Shown here in pieces: positions 46,296-56,200 of a stretch of DNA of 64,000 nt. The stretch's first letter is position 1. The number at the start of each line of letters is the position of its first letter. Below the pieces are notes generated by a model. It made no database searches. It saw nothing but the letters and a program-made list of their open reading frames with translations, and was not told the origin of the DNA. This DNA is from Nostoc sp. (lineage in GTDB: Bacteria; Cyanobacteriota; Cyanobacteriia; Cyanobacteriales; Nostocaceae). Both the position numbers and the translations under genes were made by a program. The stretch covers positions 103,123-167,122 of the forward strand of contig NZ_JBALFD010000014.1 of NCBI RefSeq assembly GCF_036916985.1, read 5' to 3'.

Positions 46296-46808
46296 CTACA
46301 AACCAAATTCTGTCTTTAACTGAGTAACCCAAGTTTTAATTCGCTCATCTGTTAGATCAGATTGACTACCTTGATCGAGTGCCAATCCGACAAATTTGCC
46401 ATTTCTCAAGGCTCTAGAATTCTCAAAGTCATATCCCTCAGTTGGCCAGTAACCGACAGTTTTACCGCCTCGTTGGGAAATTTTTTCTTCGATAATTCCA
46501 ATTGCATCCTGGAAGTTATCGCTATAGCCATATTGGTCTCCATCACCAAAATAGGCAACCAGCTTTCCACTAAAATCTATTTCATCGAGATCGGGGAAAA
46601 AGCTATCCCAATCACTCTGAAGTTGACCAATATCCCAAGTGGGAGAGCCAATAATCAGCAAATCATACTCATTAAAAGTGCTAGTATCTGCCTCGTAAAT
46701 GGGATGTAATGTTACAACATCACCACCGAACTCATCCCGAATTTTTTCAGCATCAGATTCAGTGTTACCAGTTTGAGTACCGTAAAACAAACCAATTTTT
46801 TTCGACAT
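46296..46808 (-). CDS. isiB: long-chain flavodoxin
   Basis: 'MSKKIGLFYGTQTGNTE...IIGSPTW..G.LQSDW...KLVAYFG.GDQ.GY.DNFQDA.GI.EEKISQRGGKTVGYW...GYDF..S.ALRNGKFVGLALD' is close to my recollection of Anabaena flavodoxin. The ATG at 46808 lies within track ORF 46296..46847. Confidence 0.95.
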   Translation of the reverse strand: MSKKIGLFYGTQTGNTESDAEKIRDEFGGDVVTLHPIYEADTSTFNEYDLLIIGSPTWDIGQLQSDWDSFFPDLDEIDFSGKLVAYFGDGDQYGYSDNFQDAIGIIEEKISQRGGKTVGYWPTEGYDFENSRALRNGKFVGLALDQGSQSDLTDERIKTWVTQLKTEFGL

Positions 46809-47407
46809 ATTGTTTGTCACCTGATAAATAAATAGTTGTGTGAGCAAAAGGACTTAGGCAACAATAGCCACTCATCCTGTACGTAAATCTCACATAAGTT
46901 GATGCAACTTAGGTTGCTTAATCCAGCCTTCCCTGTTTACCAAGACATCGACTCCAGTGTTTGAATATAGCGTTATCTCCATCAGAAAGTTTGTAAATAG
47001 CTGAAATACACGAGCATCTTATTGAGTATATATCTCAATAAAACTGAAGATATACTACCAGATTTATTGAGATTATTTTTCATTTAAGATGAGTTAACTT
47101 TTGTTAAGTATTTCAGAAAACAAACCGAAAGCTAGACTAGGCAACAAGAATTCTCGTACCTTAATTGGTTAGAAGCCTTGCGCCGAATCTTAATAGAAGT
47201 AGTGGAACACCCTAACAAAAGAATTTCTCGCATACTGGAGTTTATGCTAAAAGCGATATAAGACTTGATTTTGGAGGAATTATGTGGTATGCCATTTGGA
47301 CTAAACTCAAAGTACGATAACTCGATAAAGTTATCGTACTTTATATATTAAGAGTGAACAACGCACTCTGCAAGAGGATAATTTAAATCAAACGGAGATT
47401 GTCCCTT

Positions 47408-47685
47408 ATGCCAAAAGACTGGTTTGAATGGCACGACCTCTACAATAGTGAACCGACATTGTAGCAGTGACTACAAATTAATTATTCGGAAGTATATTTC
47501 TCATAGCTTGGATGCATCTTTACCGGGAATCATTCGTGTCGTCAGTGTTTGTACGGGTGATGGGAGGGGATTTATTGAGAAGGCTATCCAAGCACTCCCG
47601 TGCAAAAGATGTGTGTGTACGCACGTTAGAAGCTGTGAATTTAGCATAACAAGTACAGTAGATGCATATATTTTGGCATTAAGTC
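47408..47685 (+). pseudogene. SAM-dependent methyltransferase-like gene remnant (frameshifted, then truncated by a MITE)
   Basis: 'MPKDWFEWHDLYNSEPTL' in one frame continues as 'IRKYISHSLDASLPGIIRVVSVCTGDGRG' (GxGxG-like) in another. The reading ends at the MITE boundary at 47686. Confidence 0.4.
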
Positions 47686-47831
47686 AACGTGAGTTCGACA
47701 AGTCTTATTTAACCTCTCCCCCAGCCCCTCTCCGTGTCGGAGAGGGGAGCAAAAAGCTTAATTTTTCGTTGCTCCTCCCTTTCCGTTTCGGAGAGGGAGA
47801 TTGGGAGGGAGAGGTTCTTGGAACTCACGTT
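47686..47831 (+). mobile_element. about 146-bp MITE (TIR aacgtgagttcga/tcgaactcacgtt-like) with 5-bp TSD aagtc
   Basis: Flanks read ...attaagtc|aacgtgag...ctcacgtt|aagtcaaag. Confidence 0.85.
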
Positions 47832-48137
47832 AAGTCAAAGTATTTAATGTTGTGAAGATCGCTACATTTGTCAATCAGCCATCAGGAGTACACATTTTAC
47901 AGCAGTTAATTTTATATTTGTAATCTTGTCAATCTAGCGATTTTCATACCCTGCGGGTTTATGGGTGTGCGCCCCTAGTTAAACAATCAAAAACTTCAAT
48001 AATTAACTCTTATAGGTAAAAAACCACTTTTAACCTTTTCATAACCGAAGATTAATCAAAATTTATCCGGTATCATCTCTCGACTTTCTGAAGTAAACAT
48101 TGTACAAAAAAGCTAGGCCGTAGAGGATGCAAATTAC

Positions 48138-48575
48138 ATGAGTCGAAAAGTCAGCAAAGTGTTTAAACAGTCTGGGGTGATTCCTTACAGAGTGAACAAT
48201 GGTAAAATTGAAATCTTGCTAATTACCACCCGTGATTTTCAACACTGGGTAATTCCGAAAGGAGATATTCCTAATGGCATGAGTCCGCCTGCTTCAGCAG
48301 CTAAAGAGGCGTGGGAAGAAGCAGGAGTTATTGGGCATGTAGATGTGAAGGAACTGGGCACTTATAAATACCGCAAACAAGGCAAAAGTTACCGCGTCAA
48401 GATGTATTTATTACCAGTCGAGATGCTGAGTGAAGATTATCCAGAAGCAAGTAAAAGAAAACGGCAGTGGGTAGAAGTGAATAAAGCTATCAGGCGGGTT
48501 AAATTCAATTCACTAAAACGAATCCTTAAAGGTTTTTTCCAAGTCAAGTCTCACTTCTGTGCATTTCGATATTAG
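48138..48575 (+). CDS. NUDIX hydrolase
   Basis: NUDIX box 'GDIPNGMSPPASAAKEAWEEAGVIG' (GX5EX7REUXEEXGU-like). Confidence 0.8.
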   Translation: MSRKVSKVFKQSGVIPYRVNNGKIEILLITTRDFQHWVIPKGDIPNGMSPPASAAKEAWEEAGVIGHVDVKELGTYKYRKQGKSYRVKMYLLPVEMLSEDYPEASKRKRQWVEVNKAIRRVKFNSLKRILKGFFQVKSHFCAFRY

Positions 48576-48788
48576 TTAGATATTGAAATACACATTATTT
48601 TGAGCCTATAAGACCAAAGTGAGGTTTTTTAGAATTAGCTATACTTAAGACCACACAAGGGGCTTAAGCCCCTGATTAAAAGTGTTCCTATAGCTGCCTG
48701 CGACTTCAGTTGTCGGGTATTTTAGACAAAGTAGAATGCACTCATTTGACAGTGAATATGCGTCTATTTATTGAGTGTAAAATCAGTT

Positions 48789-49580
48789 TTAAATCCATAG
48801 TAAAGTTACCCAAGTTTTTATACCGACAATTCCATCAGCCTGCAATTTCTTAGATGTTTGAAAACTAACAACTGCGTTTTTAACTAACTCAGAAAAATGC
48901 CCATCAATGGCATCAGTATATAATCCAATATCTTTTAGTTGCTGTTGTAATTGTTTTACTCTTAGTCCAGAATCTCCTAGCTGCAATCCATTGAATCTAT
49001 TCAAATCGGCTCGACCACTAACACCACTAACACCAGATATATCACCTTCATATTGATGAATTAAGTATTGCCCCTGCCAAGCACTAGGAATACTTGGGTT
49101 TTTGGCTCCGTAGTGGGCAATCCATAACGGATAACTAGCAAAATCTGATGGATTACCTATTTCTGCCCAGAAACTAGGGAAGGTATAAATAATTGGTTTG
49201 ATTGGTTTTTTTGTTTGTTGCAAAAGGGCTTTTTCTACCTCTGCTAACCACTGCTTCGCTGCACTAATTACTGCTTGGCTACTTACTTTATCAGTTATCT
49301 CTACATCCAGAACTGGTGGTAAGTCTCCTGGTTCTAATTTGCCCAATGTTTTTAAGAATTCCTTCGCTTGCTGAACTGGGTCAGATGTATGGGGGTGAAA
49401 GAAATGATAAGCACCCCGAATAATACCAGCAGCTTTCGTGGTCTGCCAGTGATGAGCAAAAGCAGAATCTTTTATGCTAACTCCTTCTGTAGCTTTGACA
49501 AAGGCAAAAGTTTTACCAGAGTTTTTTACTGCTGTCCAATCTACTCTGCCGTCTTGATCGGCAACATCAATTCCTTCCAT
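48789..49580 (-). CDS. GH25 muramidase with C-terminal peptidoglycan-binding domain
   Basis: 'GIDV...G.VDW..V...G..FAFVKATEG......F...W.......G..RGAYHF', plus C-terminal 'V..LQ..L...G.Y...IDG.F......AV..FQ....L..DGIVG..TW'. Confidence 0.85.
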   Translation of the reverse strand: MEGIDVADQDGRVDWTAVKNSGKTFAFVKATEGVSIKDSAFAHHWQTTKAAGIIRGAYHFFHPHTSDPVQQAKEFLKTLGKLEPGDLPPVLDVEITDKVSSQAVISAAKQWLAEVEKALLQQTKKPIKPIIYTFPSFWAEIGNPSDFASYPLWIAHYGAKNPSIPSAWQGQYLIHQYEGDISGVSGVSGRADLNRFNGLQLGDSGLRVKQLQQQLKDIGLYTDAIDGHFSELVKNAVVSFQTSKKLQADGIVGIKTWVTLLWI

Positions 49581-49681
49581 AGAATTTCTTAACCTTTGTG
49601 ATTAGTACAATAGTGAACTTATCAGAGGCTTTGATTAAATTTATGCTTTTTCTGGGTATTTGAGTAAATTACAGAAATCTA

Positions 49682-50323
49682 TTAGGGTTGAGTAGCAACA
49701 GAACGTACTGGAGTCACTCTAACTTTGCCTGTACAAGGCTTGATTTCTTCTGCAAGGGTAAGGTTTTGGGAGGTATTCGGAGGCGTGATTTCGATTTTAC
49801 TAGATATTGGGCAGCGTTCCTGTGGGGAACTAACATGGTTATATGCTATCTGAAATGATGCTTGTTTTCCAGGGGCTAGAGTTACTTGTTGTCGAGGTTG
49901 CCTACTCGAAAAGTAAGTGCCCTTGGAGCGAATAACTTTAATCCCCTGTAAGGGTTGATCTTTTGCATCCAGTAGTGCCAATCCCGGATAACCGTTGAGG
50001 TTACAAGGGGATGAGCCATTATTGGTGAAGGCGTAGGTGAGTGCAACATTCCCAACGCCAGCATCTTCGGAGACTCGGCGCACTGACAATTGGCTAGTTT
50101 CACAGCGCGTCGGATTCGTGGAAATAGTGGCTTCAGGGGTGGAATGCTCTATAGGTTTTGCAGTCGGTGTAGGTGTTGAAGACAACACAGCTTCTTTCGT
50201 TGGTTGTTCGGTGCTTGCTGGCAAGGCTTGCGGCTGTTTTGTAACAGAGGAAGAACCGACACAGCCAGTTGTCAACGCAGTTAGGAGCAACAACATACTG
50301 CTTTCCACAATTAGAATTCGCAT
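49682..50323 (-). CDS. DUF4232-like lipoprotein
   Basis: Lipobox 'LTTGC', a P/T-rich linker, then 'C..SQLSV......AG.G......F.N.....C.L.GYPG..LLD'. Confidence 0.65.
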   Translation of the reverse strand: MRILIVESSMLLLLTALTTGCVGSSSVTKQPQALPASTEQPTKEAVLSSTPTPTAKPIEHSTPEATISTNPTRCETSQLSVRRVSEDAGVGNVALTYAFTNNGSSPCNLNGYPGLALLDAKDQPLQGIKVIRSKGTYFSSRQPRQQVTLAPGKQASFQIAYNHVSSPQERCPISSKIEITPPNTSQNLTLAEEIKPCTGKVRVTPVRSVATQP

Positions 50324-50475
50324 ATCTTCTTTTTTTGTAGTGAACTACTTACACTGATGGTTTACATACAGTGTAAGTTTCCAAAGTAACAAGAGTTAGC
50401 GTTGCTGTGTATATACTATCTTTTATAGTGCAATACGCTTGGGTTAAGGGCTACTGGCAAAAATTTTGGGTTTTC

Positions 50476-50498
50476 GAGACGCGATAAATCGCCGTCTC
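50476..50498. repeat. short hairpin repeat gagacgcgataaatcgccgtctc
   Basis: Identical to 18011..18033 and 53001..53023. Confidence 0.85.
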
Positions 50499-50537
50499 TA
50501 CAAGTGTTTTGTTGCTCATTCTGAACTGTATTGTTTT

Positions 50538-50651
50538 AGAGGTTGTTTGAAAAGTCTAAATTAATACTAGCCCCAGCGATTAGAAATCGCGGCTACACGA
50601 GACTTTAACCCACCTTTCCTACGGAACGCTACGCGAACGTGGGTTGAAGAC
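50538..50651 (+). repeat. about 114-bp dispersed repeat (agaggttgtttgaaaagtctaa...gcgattagaaatcgcggctacacgag...cgcgaacgtgggtt)
   Basis: Second copy at 60447..60560. Confidence 0.85.
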
Positions 50652-50665
50652 CTTGATTTTGTGTT

Positions 50666-50811
50666 AACGTGAGTTCGATGAACCTCTCCCTCCCAACCTC
50701 CCTCTCCGAAACGGAAAGGGAGGAGCAACGAAAAATTGAGCTTTTTGCTCCCCTCTCCGTGTCGGAGAGGGGCTGGGGGAGAGGTCAAATAAGACTTGTC
50801 GAACTCACGTT
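50666..50811 (-). mobile_element. about 146-bp MITE, inverted copy, with 5-bp TSD gtgtt
   Basis: Flanks read ...tttgtgtt|aacgtgag...ctcacgtt|gtgttagtc. The interior is the reverse complement of 47686..47831. Confidence 0.85.
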
Positions 50812-50857
50812 GTGTTAGTCCGCACAGACGGAGAATGCTAGTGTAGTAGCGAATTAT

Positions 50858-51035
50858 ATGAGACTGTTGGTCAATTCACGGTGGGTTTGATCCCTCACCC
50901 CTAAAACATTGGTTTGGCGTTGCTTTCCCGCCCTGAAATAAATTTCGGGCTAATAGCTCAAGTCCGTTTCAACGGACTGAAATTAGAGTAATGATGGGTT
51001 AGTTAGACCCCCTATTAATTCGCCAACAGTCTCAT
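50858..51035. mobile_element. MITE with TIR atgagactgttgg.caattc / gaattcgccaacagtctcat, carrying a nested small repeat
   Basis: Same termini as 60008..60109. The interior cccgccctgaaataaatttcgggctaatagctcaagtc also occurs at about 4789..4838. Confidence 0.75.
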
Positions 51036-51093
51036 AAAATTCGCCCAAAACTTTTCAAATATACTCTTATATCTGTTAGTTAATTCAACCGAA

Positions 51094-52032
51094 TTAAATA
51101 TTATCTGTTGCTTCAATTAAAGCACTACGAATTCCTGGCTCACTCATCGAATGCCCAGCATCAGGAACCACTATAAATTCGGCTTCTGGCCAAGCACGAT
51201 GTAATTCCCAAGCTGATATCATTGGGCAAACTACATCATAGCGTCCCTGAACAATTACAGCCGGAATATGGCGGTTACGGTCTACATTTAAGAGTAATTG
51301 ATCTTCTGTTTCTAAAAATCCCTTATTCATAAAGTAATGGCATTCAATCCGTGCGAAAGCTGAAGCAAATTCACTTTCACCAAACTTTTGCATAAGTTCT
51401 GGGTCTAAAAACAGTCTACTGGTACTACCTTCCCAAATTGACCAAGCACGCGCTGCTGTTAATTGAATTTCTAAATCTGGACTAGTTAAGCGTTTGTAAT
51501 ATGCTGCGATCAGATCGTCACGTTCATCTACGGGAATTGGTTTGAGATATTCTTCCCAAGCATCAGGAAAAATATAGCTAGTACCCTCTTGGTAAAACCA
51601 GCGCAACTCTTTTTGCCTCAGCATGAAGATTCCACGCAGAATTAATGCCGTACAGCGAGAGGGATGGGTTTGACTGTAGGCTAATGATAAAGTGCTACCC
51701 CAGCTACCACCAAAAACCGCCCACTTTTCTATACCTAAATGTTGGCGCAGTTTTTCGATATCACTGACTAAATCCCAAGTGGTGTTTTCTCGTAATTCAG
51801 CATGGGGCCTACTTTGACCGCAACCGCGCTGGTCAAACATCACTAACCGCCATTTTTCGGGGTGGAAATATTGCCGATAAAAAGCTGGACATCCACCACC
51901 AGGGCCCCCATGCAGTAAAACGATGGGTTGACCTTGGGGGTTCCCTGACTCTTCAAAATGAATGGTATGAAGGTCGGAAACCTTTAAATAACCTTCTAAA
52001 TAAGGCTCGATCGCTGGGTAAAGTTCTCGCAT
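51094..52032 (-). CDS. pip: prolyl aminopeptidase (proline iminopeptidase)
   Basis: 'LHGGPGGG', 'FDQRGCG.S', 'GGSWGSTL' and a C-terminal 'GH' fit the S33 family pattern. Confidence 0.9.
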   Translation of the reverse strand: MRELYPAIEPYLEGYLKVSDLHTIHFEESGNPQGQPIVLLHGGPGGGCPAFYRQYFHPEKWRLVMFDQRGCGQSRPHAELRENTTWDLVSDIEKLRQHLGIEKWAVFGGSWGSTLSLAYSQTHPSRCTALILRGIFMLRQKELRWFYQEGTSYIFPDAWEEYLKPIPVDERDDLIAAYYKRLTSPDLEIQLTAARAWSIWEGSTSRLFLDPELMQKFGESEFASAFARIECHYFMNKGFLETEDQLLLNVDRNRHIPAVIVQGRYDVVCPMISAWELHRAWPEAEFIVVPDAGHSMSEPGIRSALIEATDNI

Positions 52033-52211
52033 TTTGGATATTCTATCAGTAATGTTGTTGTTGCGATCGCTTGTCTTTGTGAAACAACTTCAGTCTTTTC
52101 ACCTCAACACCTGGGTGCTTTCGGAAAAAGCTAGACTACCTCTGTTTTTGGCAAAGGTATGGGAATCTTAAGTGCAGGATTTAGATATTGATAGTATAGG
52201 ACAGTAATTCA

Positions 52212-52898
52212 ATGGCGTACTATTCTAATTCAGCCCCGTTCCGCTTGCGGATATATATGAAACAGAATCGTAATTCTCAAGTTTTTATTGGTTATCCTTT
52301 AGCAAACCCTACCGAATGGATACAAATTTTCAATTTTAATAACACAGAATTAATTTGTGGAAAACAGAGATTTGATATAAATGATGTCCGTTCGTTTATT
52401 ATTGCCTATCCCAGTGGTGAAATATTAGATGGAGAACTAGTATTTTACCCACTTCCTCAAGGAATATATTATATTGAAAATGAAAAAAATATCAAATCAG
52501 AAATTCTTATTCCAGAAAATCTCAAGGAAGGAAACCAACTTTTAAAAGTAGTACATAAAAAAGCAGTAGATGAAAAAAGAAATAATTATTATTCAACTAA
52601 ATTAATAAATATATCTCCAGAAAAAATTAGAGTCATCAAATTTGCTGGCTATACACAATACCACGGAATGTATATTCTTAATACTATTACTGGTGGTTAT
52701 TTCAGCGAACAAAATTTTCGAGAGTGGTATGGTGTTGATGAAGACGGTTGGATAAAACCTGGACAAACAGTAATAGACCCAAATAATTATGGTGGCCGCA
52801 AGGGTTATTGGGTTTACTTTTGTGTAAATGAGAGCGGTAAAGAATTCATTGCAGGAGCGCAATTTCAAGGAGTAAGTCTTTGGTGGAAGCTATGGTAA
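52212..52898 (+). CDS. hypothetical protein (AT-rich orphan)
   Basis: Clean ORF with alternative ATG at 52254. No motif recognised. Confidence 0.45.
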   Translation: MAYYSNSAPFRLRIYMKQNRNSQVFIGYPLANPTEWIQIFNFNNTELICGKQRFDINDVRSFIIAYPSGEILDGELVFYPLPQGIYYIENEKNIKSEILIPENLKEGNQLLKVVHKKAVDEKRNNYYSTKLINISPEKIRVIKFAGYTQYHGMYILNTITGGYFSEQNFREWYGVDEDGWIKPGQTVIDPNNYGGRKGYWVYFCVNESGKEFIAGAQFQGVSLWWKLW

Positions 52899-53000
52899 TT
52901 ATAGCTATTTTCAATAAATAGATATCTGGTGAAAACAGAGTATTCTTGATTTTGAGATGCCTACAGCTAGTAATTTGTCCCATTAATTTTGACGGTTAGA

Positions 53001-53023
53001 GAGACGCGATAAATCGCCGTCTC
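53001..53023. repeat. short hairpin repeat gagacgcgataaatcgccgtctc
   Basis: Identical 23-mer. The surrounding gtcccattaattttg context also matches 17921..17936. Confidence 0.85.
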
Positions 53024-53247
53024 TACAGGTAATTTGTCCATCAATTATTTATTGACAGACTACTAGCTACACCTACGCATTTTTGTAAAATTTTGAAGAG
53101 AGTATGTAGTTTTGCTGTAGTCTAGCATTCCAGCGATCAACTAAGGATACAATCACTATACAGATTTATTAATGCTATTGTTAGCACAAAATTGTTAATT
53201 TGTAAAGTATTTAACTCATAATACGAATTATTTAAGAGGAGTCGTTG

Positions 53248-56200
53248 ATGAGTACACAACAGCTAGAGCAAGTAAAGCAATTGCAAGCCATTGTGAACAA
53301 GATGGAAGTAACGCTGGGTGCGATCGCTGATGCTGTAGTCTGGGTAGGAGAAGACCGACTCATTCAATGGTGCAATTCTAGCTTTGAGTCTCTGGTAAAC
53401 CAACCTCACGATACTGTCTACGGTGCGAAGTTAACTGACTTACTACCCCTGACACAATTAGGACAACCAGTTGCTTTATCCTGTTATCCTGATGTGCAGG
53501 TACTCAATGGAGATTATGAAACAACAAATTATCAGTTGCAGCAAGATGGGCAGACTTTAACGCTGCAAATCTCCGGTAGCTGTATGGGATTGAGTGGCGA
53601 TCGCTGTACAATACTAGTAATTCGGGATATCACGCTGACTCAACAAACTCAAGAATCCTTACAAGAGATTGAGGAGCGGTTGCAGACATTAATTAATGCC
53701 ACACCCGATATTATCTGTTTAAAAGACGGCGAGGGAAAATGGCTGCTGTCAAACCAGGCTAACCTCGAATTTTTAGAGCTACAAGGCGTTGATTATCAAG
53801 GTAAAACAGACTCAGAATTAGCAGAATTTAGCAATTTTTATCATGATGCTTTGGTCAACTGCGACAAAACAGATGAAGAAGCTTGGCAATTGGGATGTGT
53901 GCATCGGGTAGAAGAGGCTATCCCTCGCCCTGATGGAACAATGAGCAGTTTAGATATGATTAAAGCTCCCCTATTTCACCAAGATGGTAAACGCAAAGCT
54001 TTGGTAGTTTTAGGGCGGGATCTGAGCGAACGTAAACAAACTCAAGTAGCTTTAGAAAATTCTCTATCTTTGTTAAGCGCGATCTTTGAATCGATTCAAG
54101 ATGGTATCTTAGTAGTCGATAGCTCAAGTAATATCACTAGTTATAACCAAAAGTTCTTAGAAATGTGGTCAATTCCACCAGAACTTTTGACAGAACCAGA
54201 TCATCCTCAGCGACTAGCATATCTGGCAAACCAGCTAAAAGACCCTGATGTTTTTTTGCAACGAGTCCGAGAATTATACTCACAGCCGGAATTAGTTAGT
54301 TACGACTGGTTAGAACTAGAAGATGGCAGAGTATTTGAGCGCTACTCTTGTCCTCAGCGCATCGGCGAACAGATTATTGGTAGAGTGTGGAGTTTCCGCG
54401 ACATCACCCAGCGCCAAAGGGCAGAAGCAGCACTGCGACAAAGTGAATTACAATACCGCAGTATTTTTGAAGCAATTAATGATGGACTATTTATTATTGA
54501 GATGGAGACTGAAAAAGTCGCCGAAATTAATCCGGCGGCTTGTCAAATGCACGGTTATTCTTATGAAGAATTTCTCAGTTTACATCCATCTGTTTATATT
54601 CATCCAGACTCACATCCCGTCTTTCTAGAGTTTGTTGAAAAAACACGAGATGGTGACCAATTTTATGGGCAAGCAGTTGATATCTGCAAAGATGGCACTT
54701 TAATAAATGTGGAAGTCAAAGGAACGACCTGCATTTACAATGGCAAGCGACACATTTTAGCAATAGTGCGGGATATTACGGCTCGCAAACGCACCGAGGA
54801 AGCCTTACGCCAAAGCGAAGCCCAGTACCGCGATTTGGTGCAAACAGCCAACTGTATCATTCTGCGTTGGGATGGCAATGGTGACATCATATTTTTAAAT
54901 GACTACGGTCAAAGGCTTTTTGGTTTTGATTTAGATGAAATTATCGGACGTAATGTTATTGGCACAATTGTTCCAGAAACCGAAACTTCCGGGCGCGACT
55001 TGCAGACATTAATGGTTGATATTTGTCAGCACCCAGAAAACTATCTATTTAACGAAAACGAAAATTTATGTAAAAATGGCGATCGCGTCTGGATAGTCTG
55101 GGCGAATAAACCCATTTTAGATGCCCAAGGAAACTTAATTGAAATTCTTTCAGTCGGCACTGATGCCACAGAACGCAAACGCGCCGAAGCAGCCCTCCAG
55201 GAAAATGAGTTAAAATTCCGTAGCATTGTTGAAAATGCCAACGATCTGATATTCATCCTCTCGCCAGAGGGAATTTTTACTTATCACTCGCCAAATGTAA
55301 CTGCACTTATGGGCTACAGCCTAGAGGAAATCGAAGGTCATTCTGTGGTGGAGTTTACCAAACCGGAAGACTTAGCAACTAGCGCCGCCGCTTTACAAAG
55401 GGCGATAACTGGCGAAAAGCTGACTAATATTGAAGTGCGATTGCGACACCAGAATGGTAGCTGGCGATGGTTCAACTTTAATACTTCCACTATTAATACT
55501 CCCAACGGTGAAATTGCGATCGCCGGTGTGGGACGCGACATTACAGAACGCAAGCAAGCAGAAGAAGCCTTGCGTCGTAGTGAAATGAAATACCGCAACA
55601 TCTTTGAAAATTCCCAAGTCGGGATTTTTCGTACCTGGCAAAAAGATGGATTGATTATCGATGCGAATCAACGTGGTGCTGAGATATTAGGTTTTACCTC
55701 TGCGGCTGACTTAATTGGCAAGTATTTCACAACTGATTTATATGTCAATCCAGAAGATCGCGTGCAAATGTTAGCAGAGTTAGAAGAGTCAGGTGAAGTT
55801 CGCAATTTTGAAGTAGCACTACGACGCTTGGATGGATCTGTTGTTTGGGTATTGTTGTCACTCCGTCTCAACGCAGACGAATCCTGTTTAGATTGCGTCT
55901 TTACAGATATTAGCGATCGCAAACAGCAAGAGCAAGCTTTACGCTTAATTGTTGAGGGTACAGCAGCGAAAACAGGCAATGAATTTTTCAATTCCTGCGT
56001 TCGTTACCTTGCTGAAGTATTACAAGTTCAATATGCTCTAGTGACTGAGTTTAATGATGACTCAAGAACGAAAGTCCGCACTTTGGCATTTTGGTCTTGT
56101 GGGGCTATTAACGAGAACTTGGAATATGAGTTGCAGGGTACTCCTTGCGAATACACCTTGCAAGGTAAAATGTGTCACTACCCTCAAGCAGTGCAAACAA

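Noticed and set aside
46362-46709. 115-aa plus-strand ORF opposite the flavodoxin gene
   Set aside because: It is antisense to an ORF that closely matches my recollection of the Anabaena flavodoxin sequence.
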